From contig JBNGIO010005423.1 in NCBI GenBank assembly GCA_049999805.1, positions 1-48,750 of the forward strand: DNA of 48,750 bases, in the 5' to 3' direction. Under the pieces are notes generated by a model that was given only the letters and a program-made list of their open reading frames with translations, did no database searches and was not told the origin of the DNA. The position numbers and the translations under genes are program-made. This document shows positions 1 to 10,690 of this stretch, piece after piece. This DNA comes from Folioceros fuciformis (taxonomy: Eukaryota). How positions within the stretch are numbered: the first letter of the stretch is position 1; each line of letters opens with the position of its first letter.

Positions 1-2300
1 AGGCCGGCCATGTTTCATGGCGTCTGGTAAGGTTGTGGGGAGGAGATATCTGAGAGGGGAGTGTGTTCCCTTCTTTCTTTTATTTGCGGTTAGTCTAGTA
101 ACTCTTGCCGAGAAGGAGGAGTCAGTAGGGAAGTGTAGAAGGTAGTGGTGTCGTTGTTAGTTGTTGGTGTTGGTGCTGGAGTGAGAGAGCGAGTGAAGTG
201 AGTGAGGGAAGTCACAGATTTGAGAGGTTAGGGTCATTGTAGTGACTGGAGTGAGTTTGTGGGCACCGAGAGGTGCAGCTGACCGCTAGACAGTGAGGCT
301 TGTCCTACGCCTGATCGGAGCTAGAGGGGAGCCCTCGAATCCATCATCGAGTCGATTGAGTCCGACCCTCCTTCCACAGCAGCAAGGAACCGCATCGCTC
401 CTTTGTAGGAATGGAACCCAATGTCTCAACGACAGTGGGATAAGTGTGGCCACTAAAGGTGGAACCCGTCGGCAATAAGTGCCCGGGGTTTTGCCTCCAC
501 AGTAACGATCACCCCTTATACCACTGTGGGCAAGCGGGTATGGTATCCCTACCAGGCACCTGCTCACATGTATCGTGGCCACATCAATCCCATGGTCGTT
601 GTAGGTTTCTCCGGAATCGCTCCCCTCTGAGCCTGGTCAGCTACGTTTATCGCTCCCCTACACTAGTCAACTCTCCCAACCACGTACCTACCAATCTGGC
701 CACACGTCCCATCAATAGGTAGGCACCATTCCTTCACTTGGAAGGGCCCCAGTACCTCCCCTACCGATTTCTACCTCCCTACACCCAACACCCCTTCCTC
801 ACAAGTGTCCTCACAACACCTTCCACAACGATCCAGCTGCTCGTCTCCCTACGTCCAACGACCAACAAGTTTTTCCTTGGGCCGGTTGTTGCATGCTTGC
901 GCTTGTTAGCAAGAACTCCCAGGAAGTCTTTCCCTGGAGTCTACCCTCAAGCCAACAGCCACATAGGTATTACCACACACCTACAGCAGCACAACAACCA
1001 TTCACAAGGGAAGCAACTTGCAGGGGTGCTGTGGAGTGAAACTTGCACCCAAGAACCACCAAGGGGCCACACTTCCCCTTATTATCGATGCAGTCTTACG
1101 ATTCGCTCCCAAGGGAGTGAATTAATGTCAAGGTTACCTACATCTCCCTAATCTCACCCTATCTATCAGCATATACCAAGTGCTACAGCAGTAGGTCAGA
1201 AGTCTCGGTCCTGTCTTCGGCTCCTACCACAACACCAACCCCAGCCTCAACAAAATGAGAACTCCAGCATTGTCTTTAGCCTTCATTTCCAGCTCCAAGT
1301 ATCAATCACTTCAGTGCTAAGAGGAGGCTCCAGCCCCAAGTCTGGCCTCCAACTCTCAGCACCTAGTGTTAGCTACCTCCGCAGCTGAACGAGAACCTCA
1401 ACCTCAGCTAGCTCCTCACTCCAGCTCCAACACTTCATTCCACCACTTCAGCACTTCACTTGAGCACTTCAGTCCTTCACTTCAGCACTTCAGCACTTCA
1501 CTTCACCCTCCAGCCCCTCACTTCAGCTCAACTCCTCACTTCAACACTTCCACTTCCAAAATCTGCAACTCAACCCTTCTCTCCTGCAATTTGGAACACA
1601 ACAGCCTTCCCTCTTGCAGCCTTCAAGGCAAAGGCGAGGCCTAGGGCTGGGTAGCCTCCTTGGCTCACGGCCCTGCAACCTCACCTCAGCCAGCATGCAA
1701 GGTGGTCAGCCAGTGCAGATCCGGCCACACGAATCTTGGCAGTCTCGGGATCCTCCACATTCCCCTAGTGGCAAGGGAAATCAAGACCTTGGTTTAGTCT
1801 CAACCAGCTCAGCGCCCTAAGCCAGGAGTTATGCACCCAAGGTCCAGGGAAATCGCACCGTAGACAGCCCCCTCCTCAATGGCAGGTCTAGCCTCTTATA
1901 CTACCTTGGCCCAAACCTCCATCTCTATCTATTAGGGTTAGCCTCAGTCAACCACCCAACAATCTCTCTCTGACCTAAGCCGGCCCTAATTCTTACCTAA
2001 ACCTAACTCTGACCTAACCCTAACTTTGACCCAAACCTAGTTCTGACCTGAAAGGGGTTGTGTCCCATGGACACCACTGGGTGCCCTTACCAAAATTGAC
2101 CAACCTCTCAAGACTACCAAAATGGTCAGTGCCTCTCAACCCTCTCCCTCCTCTCTCAAATCATTCCATCCCTTCTCTCAGATCATTCCAGCAACCCTTC
2201 AAAGACACATCTCACCTCACCATTAATCTAGCTACTAATCTTTCCTAATCTTTTAACTATTTCACCACAGGGTTCACTTAGAGATTCCCAAAAAGAGGAA
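1..2300 (-). mobile_element. Degenerate LTR-like TE-derived tract
   Basis: No credible ORF; strand-biased CTTCAGCA/CTTCAC microrepeats at 1420-1560; motifs TTGGAACAC (1591) and GCCTCTTATAC (1891) recur with similar spacing at 34239/34531. Confidence 0.4.
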
Positions 2301-2934
2301 TCCTACCATTTTCCAAGGACCTATTCAGGATGTGGAGTCCACAGGTGCCCATGGAAGAATATGAGCCCTTCGCCAAGCACTTCGACCACTGCAACTCTAG
2401 CCACAACCAGGTGCTGTGATGGCACACAGTCGGCAACGAGATTCCTACGCTTTGCTGAGCACGAGAACTCACCATGAGAAGAGTGCCGAATGTGGTGGTT
2501 CATTTCTTTGTGTAGCCTCTCCTTATAGGAGAGATCGACACATGAAGCCTCTCCTACATGTAGGTGGTGGGCTACCCTTCTCTCACACTAGGTGCCACCA
2601 ACTTTAACTGCACACACCTACCAAGAGGCTAAGTCCTACCAACAATTGCTAGGGCAGTGCGCGCCGATGAAGATTAGGATTGTCGATGCCGCCATAGAAG
2701 ATTCGTTGACCCCCTTTTCAAAAAGGTGTGGCTAGGAGGGCTTTTGAAGGGAGGCAGAGTCTGAAGGCTGAGCCACTAGGCCCCCCTCCGTTATTGGGAT
2801 TCGTCTTCTTTTGGATCCACGAGCTTCCATCGTACCTTCCTCTATGTGGATCTCTTGGGCTATCCCTTCACCACTACCTACAGGTTTGGTAGGGGAGGGA
2901 TCCCATTGTTCCTCAACTTGAGGCTCCTTCCCTA

Positions 2935-3200
2935 CGTAGGGTGGGAATGTTCCCTCCGTAGGTAGGGTACCTATTGCTCCCTTCGCAGGTAGGGTCCCTA
3001 CCATTCCTTCCCCTCCTCTCGTAGGTAGGTTGCCTACCCCTCCTTTCGTAGGTAGGTTGCCTACCCCTCCTCTAGTAGGTAGGTTCCCTATCCCTCCTTT
3101 CGTAGGTAGGTTCCCTATCCCTCCTGTCGTAGGTAGGTTGCCTACCATTCCCACCCATTGTCGTAGGTAGACAGCCTACCCCATTGCTGTAGGTGGGGTG
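2935..3200. repeat. Tandem repeat, ~8 x 30 bp with internal GGTAGG/CCTACC inverted motif
   Basis: CGTAGGTAGGTTGCCTACCCCTCCT(T)-type units; 10-aa periodicity (GGIGNLPTKG) in ORF 2732-3154. Confidence 0.85.
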
Positions 3201-4676
3201 TCTACTGTATAAGTAGCTTCCCTACCTACGTAGATGTCTTTCATTTTCCCACGTAGGTACTCTCTCTACGTATGTAGGTAGACATCCTACTATGTAGTAT
3301 GTAGGTATCTTCTTATTCTAACCTACCAGAATAGAACTAAAAAAAACTCCATAAAAACCTTCACTAGCCGCTCACTACCTACCATGGGCACTTGCCCAGA
3401 AACCTACCTTCCACATGCCTCCCTTCCAACTATTATGAACAAAAAGAAACCAAATTAGACTTTCCTAGATCGATTACAAAACTTTTCCGTTCTATAACCA
3501 CCTTATTATTTTTGTCCATTGGGGTTATTAGCTGCATGCTACATGCATGATTGATGGGGGTTAGTCCCTATACTTCATTTGTCCCTTCATAAGAATTTTC
3601 TATATCTCTTTAAAGATTATTTACTCTTTACATTCTACTATTTTAAAATACAAGAGTGATGTTCATAGCAGCTAATACCATTTCAGCTTTCAATCCTCTA
3701 TCTCCTGCTGCTCGGGGTACATAACATGAATTTTTCATCTATTCTTTCAAAGAAAGATAAGTTGTGTTTCTAAGGGGTCTTTTTATGTTCTAAGAATCTA
3801 CGTTTGGGATCGGTTAGGTACGTACGTCAGTTTGCACGCGTACATCGAAGGTAGGTTGTGGGTGAAGCAAGAACTACCAGCCTCCACGTACCTACGGATG
3901 TGTGTGGGCTCCGTAATCCGGCGGGACGAGGCAGGGCACGTTAGCAAGCAGTCGAGTCGTCAGCCTGGGCAGATCTGGGATTCGCGAGGACCTCCGCTCA
4001 ATTCGCGGTGCGGGCACTGAGAGTCGCGGTTACAGGTTGGAAAGCATCAAATCCAGATAAGACAGGACGAAAAATGTCAGCATGAGGCCCCACCGCCAAA
4101 CCGATTGTATGCGCCGCAGTGACGAGCGTACATGTCGGCTCTGCGTAACCAGCGCATGTGCACGTTCTCAATCGCCCACTGCCCAAAATGAGACCAATGA
4201 CTTGAGGAGTAATTTGTGATGGACAGCGTAAAATTACATGCGATTGCATCAGGCTCGCAGGGCATCATAGAACCCACAAGGATGAGCTAGCGAGGACAGC
4301 CAGGGACAGAAACTGGTGGCTTCCATTCACCGAGCACTTGCCACACATAATCCATAAACAAAGTCTGACATCCTGCCTACAAAAACATACATGAGCTTGT
4401 GCCAAGGACACCAAGACCAGGACCTTTGTTGACACTGATCGGGCCGCAGCGGATCACCAGCTCACATCCTACACTGGATTTCTGTATAATGGCACCACGA
4501 CTAAGGATAAGCTAGGACGGGTGAGTCTACCATTGTGGCAGGCTTGACAACCCTTCCTGCCAAGAGAGTCTGGTTGACTTGACTCACGAGAAGGCAGGAA
4601 AATGCAGCTTAGCATCTCACGCTGTGGCAGTCCTGAAAGGCAGTCAAGAGGCAGCTCAAGCCCAAGCCCTCGTTGC

Positions 4677-5486
4677 TCATGCAGGAATATCCCAGTCGAT
4701 GTGCCTTCTGAGCACTGGAATCACCTCCTCTGGAGAGCTAAGTTGCGGTAGGTGTCCTTCTGTGGGGAGCACCTCCACGATTGTCTTCCCTCCCAGGGCA
4801 TGGCGCAGGTATTCCGACACCACGACGGGGACAGCCAAGTCCTGGCTGCTCTGCAGAATATGGCAGGGAACGCTTACCCTTGGACAAATGGGGCGCAGGT
4901 CGGACTGGAAAATGGTCTTCGCCACACTGAAGGCGATGTCAGGCCGGATGTTGAACAAGGTTCTGCTGAACTCCTGGACAGCCAAGGCCTCCATGTCAGC
5001 CCCCACGGCAAGGGGCGCAAACCCCGATACCCACGACTTGAAATTGGACTGCATGGCCACAAACAGCTGGTTCAAGTCCTCCTGCTCAAACCCCCCGAAG
5101 TAGTTCACATCGTTAAGGTAGCGAGGGGACGCCGAGAGCATGATGATCTTGGCAAACAAGTCGGGCCGCTCAACAGAGGCAAGGCACCCCACCATCCCGG
5201 ACACCGAGTGCCCCACGTAGATGCAGCTCTCCACCTCCAGCTCGTCCAGGATGGTGAGAAGATCGTCTGCGTAGCCGTGCAGCGTGGAGTAGCGAGGGAA
5301 GCTGAAGTAGTCAGGGTTAGTAGTTCCGGCCCCCATATTGTCAAATAACACCACCTTGTAGTCGTCCACCAAATGCGGCACCACGTGCTTCCACACTGAC
5401 TGATCCGTGCCGAAGCCGTGTCCCAGCATTACGATCTGCTCCCCGCTCCCCAGAATCCTCACATTATGCGCCTCCAGGATCGACAT
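4677..5486 (-). CDS. KAI2: KARRIKIN INSENSITIVE 2 (eu-KAI2) alpha/beta-hydrolase receptor, 269 aa, intronless
   Basis: Single ORF with [20 protein letters not shown] (Ser94), DLAVP (Asp216) and EGHLPQLS (His245); SPRY with Tyr123 and [15 protein letters not shown] are typical of KAI2 rather than D14. Confidence 0.95.
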   Translation of the reverse strand: MSILEAHNVRILGSGEQIVMLGHGFGTDQSVWKHVVPHLVDDYKVVLFDNMGAGTTNPDYFSFPRYSTLHGYADDLLTILDELEVESCIYVGHSVSGMVGCLASVERPDLFAKIIMLSASPRYLNDVNYFGGFEQEDLNQLFVAMQSNFKSWVSGFAPLAVGADMEALAVQEFSRTLFNIRPDIAFSVAKTIFQSDLRPICPRVSVPCHILQSSQDLAVPVVVSEYLRHALGGKTIVEVLPTEGHLPQLSSPEEVIPVLRRHIDWDIPA

Positions 5487-5879
5487 CTTGGATCAGTCGC
5501 TCCTCCTCAGACACCCTCTCCACCAGATTCTACAACCAAGCTCCGCGGCGGAAACGAGAGTCCAGCAGAAGCGTGCGGCCCTAGCCGCAGGATGAAAGCT
5601 GGAGAGAAAGCACGTTCAGCGAGGGAAAGGGGAAGAATAAATCCCTTCTGTGATGCAAACGTGTTCATGTCTCTACGGGACTCTCTCTCTCCGTACGCAC
5701 CCACCTAGTTTATTATTCCCCTTTGATCTGATCCGATTTTATCTTATAGTATACTCCAACACGCATCCGATCTCAGAGGCTTGTTACCCCGCGGCTACGC
5801 CGCCGACCCTGACACGGGCCGATCTTTTACTGTAGCGTGACTCCAGTCGGGATCAGGCTGATGGTGCACAATCCTCCTG

Positions 5880-7470
5880 GGGAGTGGAAGCGTGTGCTGG
5901 ATGAGCCTGAGTTGGTACAGAGGCACTGTCAGTTGCTGCAGCGGCTACCTCCGGCCGCCTGGATTTGATGAACGGCTTCCCTGTTACTCGAATTTGATTG
6001 GGAGCTATTTTGTCTTGGCTGGTTGATAATTGATGTGTGATAGGCTCCATTCCCAGTGGATGGCAGGTAGCTAGGGCTTGTATGCAGAGCTGGGTGATGA
6101 GTTGAGTATGGCAGCTGCGAACATGGTTGTGCGCGGGAAATTGTTGTTGTGGCCTCATTTTTCGCAGGGGCCCCTAGAATTGATGCAGGCAAACCTGCGT
6201 GGAGAGCAGGCTCGCAAAAGTCACAACTTGAGATGCACATGGCCAGACCCACAGCTATCTCAGGTAATCGTGACTTCGGTAAACCTGCCCGGTTGGAGTC
6301 TGATCGTCTGCTCACCAAATTGTTTCCTTTTGGGTACTTCAACAGCGTGTGAATGATGGGACTGAAATCTCATCTTCTGCGCTGGATAGCTATCAGGGTT
6401 CCGGCATGCCCGCTTAGTGTACCCTCCAATTATCAGGTCAGGCAGTAAATTGATCAATGCAGTGTAGCACTGGCGGGTACAAATGCGGAAGGACGCTGTG
6501 GGACGGTGGTACTGGTGGCACTCACTTCATAACTACAAGTTACAGCGTATGGAAGGAGCATGCCATGGTTGTCGGGACTGTGCGAAGAAGAGTAGTGGCA
6601 GAAAGCTCGGAACTATAATATGAGAAAGGAGGTGGAACCCGTTTGACACAGGACGTGCGAAGGATAATGTTGTGTCTCAATTCCCATCGGCTACTGAGAT
6701 GCACTAGTGCATTCTTCTGTGGAGCCTAAGAAATGCCCATGGTTCAACTTCGACATTGTGAGCGGCGTCACAAACAGCTCGCGAATGTAAGTTGCTCTGA
6801 CGTTGTTTGAGGAAGTTAGTCTAAATCAGGAAGACGTTTTCTGTTCAACCAGCTGGTGTAGAGTTTAGGGATATCAGGGTGGACAGCAAGTTGAATGAGA
6901 AGGAAGGACCCGTCTGAAACATCTCGCGCTGTTGTCACGCAGAATTCTTCTGCTCGATGTTGTTAGAAGGCTGGTCGTCGGTATGGAGCACTGAAACTTT
7001 TGAACCAGACGCTCTCGCTTTTGTTGTCTTCTGTCTGGAGTAGTTGTGGGAGGACAACAAGCAAAGGCGGACAAAATGTTGCGAGAGACGTGTTTTTGAG
7101 CCCGAAGAGTTCAGAGAGGAAATTGTCATTGGGTGGCTAATCAGAGCATACAAACATTTGGGGAGGGTGAGATAGCGTGACGCCGAGTGGGCTGTATGCC
7201 CGTGTCGCGTAGCTTCTGTCTGCAATGGCTTGGAGAGGAGGAAGGATGGAATCTTTCACAGCATTTGACCTCTACAAAGACACGTTGAGGCTCATCCTGT
7301 CGCTATTTGGGGTCAGTAAACCGCCTCCGAGATAGCATCGATTCAGATACCATAAGTTGTGCTGTCACCTGCGCCAGCCAGACAGGACGGCCTTCAAGAT
7401 CAGCGCATGAATTGCCATCACGTGCTGCCTATTCTGAATTTGCTTCACGCTAAGTCTTCATCTTTTACTG
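5880..7470 (+). pseudogene. Decayed P-class PPR-like gene, convergent with CYP copy 1
   Basis: Frameshifted peptides resembling PPR motifs: FEPDALAF/CCLLSGVVVGGQQAKADKMLRE (~7000-7088), IGWLIRAYKHLGRV (~7128-7170), LLSAMAWRGGRM (~7213-7250), VALTLFEEV (6791). Many stops; the 5' limit is uncertain. Confidence 0.45.
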
Positions 7471-7481
7471 CTCCTCAAGGC

Positions 7482-9373
7482 TTACTGGTATAGGTGAGGA
7501 GGGAGACGAGGCACAGGAACCGTCAGGAGCGGCTTTGCGCGAGGCAAGGAGAGGCCGTCCTTCTCCATATCCAACTCATGGGGTGCCTGACCCTGTGGCA
7601 AGGCCCAATCGAAGCTATGCACCAGCCTTGCCAGCGAGTACTGTACCATGACAAGCCCCAAGTGGATACCAGGGCAAGCTCGTCTGCCGGAGCCAAAAGG
7701 GAGCAGCTGGAAGTGCTGGCCCCTCATGTCGATGTCGCTGTCGAGGAACCTGTTAGGCTGAAACTCGAGCGGATTCTCCCACCAGCCTGGATGCCGACCG
7801 ATGCTCCACACATTCACGAACACAGTGGTCTCGGCAGGAATATGAAAGCCTGCCACCTCGCAAGCCTCGCTGCTTGCATGAGGAAGCAGGAACCCCCCGG
7901 CAGGATGAAGCCGGAAGGTTTCCTTTACCACAGCCTGCAAGTAGTGAAGGTTTGGTAGATCGGACTCTGTGACTAACCTCTCTTTCCCTACCACCGCGTC
8001 CATCTCTTGGTACACCCGTTGCAGAACCTTGGGATTTCGCAGGAGCTCTGACAAGGTCCACTCCAATGTGTTGCTAGATGTTTCCGTGCCCGCTGTGAGC
8101 ACGTCCTACACATCATGTCAAGGTGTATTTCAGGGCACTCTGCACAAACTCTGGACTTTTAGTGCTGGTAAGACGCAGACTTGAGGAAATCGATTAGTAC
8201 GAGGAGGCGTACCAAGGCCAGTCCCTTCATGACATGTTCGCCCAAATGTGGACCACCGTCTTCTCCCGGCAGAGAAAGCAAGATGTCGAGGTAGTTTCTG
8301 GTTTCGTTCTCGTTTCTAGTATGCCTGTGTTCCTCCAGCACGCCGGACAGAAAAGAGTCAAATCTTTGGTGAACTCGGCGCATTCTCTTCTCATACTTCA
8401 TGATCCGATCCAGGAAGCCCAAGTACGGGATGACGTCTCCTATCAGAGACACTCCAGCTAGGAAGAACAGTTCGTCGATGACACTTTTGAATTCTGCGGC
8501 CAGGTCCTGCTCCAAAATTGGCACGAACAGAGAGACATGTCTGATGGCGAACACGGTGAGCGAGAGAGAGTCGTGAGTGGTTGGGATGATGAAGCACAAA
8601 CCCCTTCCTCGGCTTCGTTGGATTGAGAGGATTTGGTGTAGGAGAGGAAGGTCTTGCTCATTAATAAACGCGTAGCGACGTTCACGAGAAGGGCCCACGC
8701 TGTCTCCTGAAAGTTCACCGGCACCATGGGAGACGTCTTGCTGTCCTCCAGGATGGACTCGACCAGTCTGGACAGCTCCTCAACCCTCACATTCTGGAAC
8801 TCTTGGACCCGCTTTGCACTCAGCAGCTGCGCATTCGAAATTTTCCTTCGCTCCGCATTCGATGCCCGCAAATGACAGTATGCACCGGGATGCTGGACCA
8901 GGTCCCCCATTGAATCACACGATCATCATTACGAAATCAGGTGAAAGTGCGTCGACGACTGACCCGAGAAACCTCCAGTGCGCGCTGTAGGGGACAAATC
9001 CCATGGAGTTCTCTCCATATCCCAGAGCGTCCTTGGCAGTCATGTGGGGCCGGTTCGCGAACTCCCGGTCCATTGTCTTTAGCACTTCTTTGGCAATGTC
9101 CGGAGAGGAGACAACAATCGCCTGCTTCGAACCCAGCCGCAATGACACAATGGGGCCATAATTTTGGGCCAGGCGGTGTAACTCCTGGTGCGGAAGTTTG
9201 GAAGTCACAAAAATGAGAAGATTGCCGAACACTGGCCCCCCTGGAGGACCAGGCGGCAGCCTACTGCTGCTCTGCTTCCAACGTTGCAGCAACACAGCCA
9301 ACGCTATTAGTCCCAGCACCAGATACAACCACCATCCCGTGAGGGCGTGGCCAACTCCTTGTACCGTTCCCAT
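7482..9373 (-). CDS. Cytochrome P450, CYP71 clan (A-type), copy 1, 523 aa, 4 exons
   Basis: Exons 9373-8964, 8845-8602, 8506-8213, 8105-7482 (1572 nt, frame kept, GT-AG introns; first acceptor is a weaker AAG). TM anchor, LPPGPPG hinge, AGTETS I-helix, KETFR, FQPNRF and PFGSGRRACPG heme motif. Confidence 0.9.
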
Positions 9374-9499
9374 TTCTTCTTCACAGGTGTTACAAAACAA
9401 GGAATAAACGATGGCAAGGAGGCCGGCCTTCCTTAGCTTCCGCCCTCCCGTCGTCCCCTAGATAACAGAGGGGACATGACAGGATACTAGAGAGAGACA

Positions 9500-9554
9500 T
9501 GCTTCCGAATTTCATAATTTGCGATTTGCACCACGTGGTTGGCTGAATCGGTTG
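9500..9554 (-). promoter_or_regulatory. Conserved upstream ACGT-core (G-box) element of CYP copy 1
   Basis: TGCGATTTGCACCACGTGGTTGGCTGAATC about 150 bp upstream of the ATG; matched upstream of copy 2 by TGCGATTTGC...CCACGTTGTTGGCGGAATC (31138-31180). Confidence 0.4.
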
Positions 9555-10690
9555 TCAGGAACCCCTCCTTTCGTAAAGAAAGATAGAAACCCATCCATCA
9601 AAAAAACAAACGGGAACCACCACCTCAAGGACACTCATACCAAAGAATCCGAGACGGAGATTTTTTTCTTTCAGAGATCGAATCCCGAACTGCTGACTGA
9701 GGGGCACCTATATGGAATACTGATCCAAACATTTTGGACGTAACACAGATGTGTCTATTTCAGTCATAGGGCACAAAGTAGGTGCTTCGATGGGGACATT
9801 TGTTTTGTGATAATATTTTATCCCTCACGTTCGGGTCCATCTCCACTCAATCATTCACTTTTTTTTAGTTAGGATTAGGGCTTGTGAGTTCAGCATCCAT
9901 CCTTGGGACCTCAGCGTTCACCGTCTGCTGTGAGCTGGCGGAAGAGCCCTCACTAGAGGACGCTCATCAAGAGGGAGACTACCCATCGTAGGCTCAATTG
10001 CGTGCAAAGCTGCTTTGCGTGTTACAGACCGACCTCGTGCTCTGCTCTTGCCAGTCCTGCTTAGCACTCTTCATGTTGGTATGCTGAGGACCCTGAGTAG
10101 GGCTTGTGCTGTGTGATGCTCTAGAGCTTGTCTTTGCCTTCAGGCTTGTGCGCATAATCGTTCTGCTGAACACGAAGCAAGCTCAGCATATAAGGAAGGC
10201 AGTTAGGAGCTCCACGCTGTGTACGTTGGAAGTACGCCATGCTACTGAGAGTAGCTGGCACTTAATGGTATATGATGATTATGAGACCGAACCTATAGTC
10301 GTATAAACCATGTTGGTTTAGTGGGAGTGTTAGGAATGAAACCCTAACATAGTTTATATCCTAGTTACTAGACTACAAGTTAAATTCATAACTCAAAAGA
10401 CACTTTTAGTTTTGTACTTAAAGGACACTTTCCTTTATTAATTAATGCTTTTCTTACAAGCACGCTACCGCATTTAGTAGCAAGTCCTAGGTGTGTCTGT
10501 AGTCGTAGCTGCGTCTTCAGTCCTAGGTGTGTCTTCAATCCTCGTATGCATAAGCTAAGCGACGTTGGTGGAGTGTCGATCCTGCACGGTGCTGCAACCT
10601 CCCCCCTCATCCCAGTGGCCTCCCGCCACTCGACTGCCTAGGCTCTAGGCAAGTGCATCCATGTTGCAGGTGTAGCGGCTGAGACGCAAG

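Noticed and set aside
2711-2735. Helitron 3' end (CCTTTT/AAAAGG hairpin plus CTAG)
   Set aside because: The hairpin is AT-rich and weak, CTAG is not followed by T, and no RepHel or 5' TC end was found.
2732-3154. 140-aa GNLPT-repeat protein
   Set aside because: Translation of the 30-bp minisatellite with a non-ATG start and no domain.
4579-5348. Plus-strand ORFs of 174 and 198 aa over KAI2 (and similar ones over the CYPs and CRBN)
   Set aside because: Antisense shadows of GC3-rich genuine genes.
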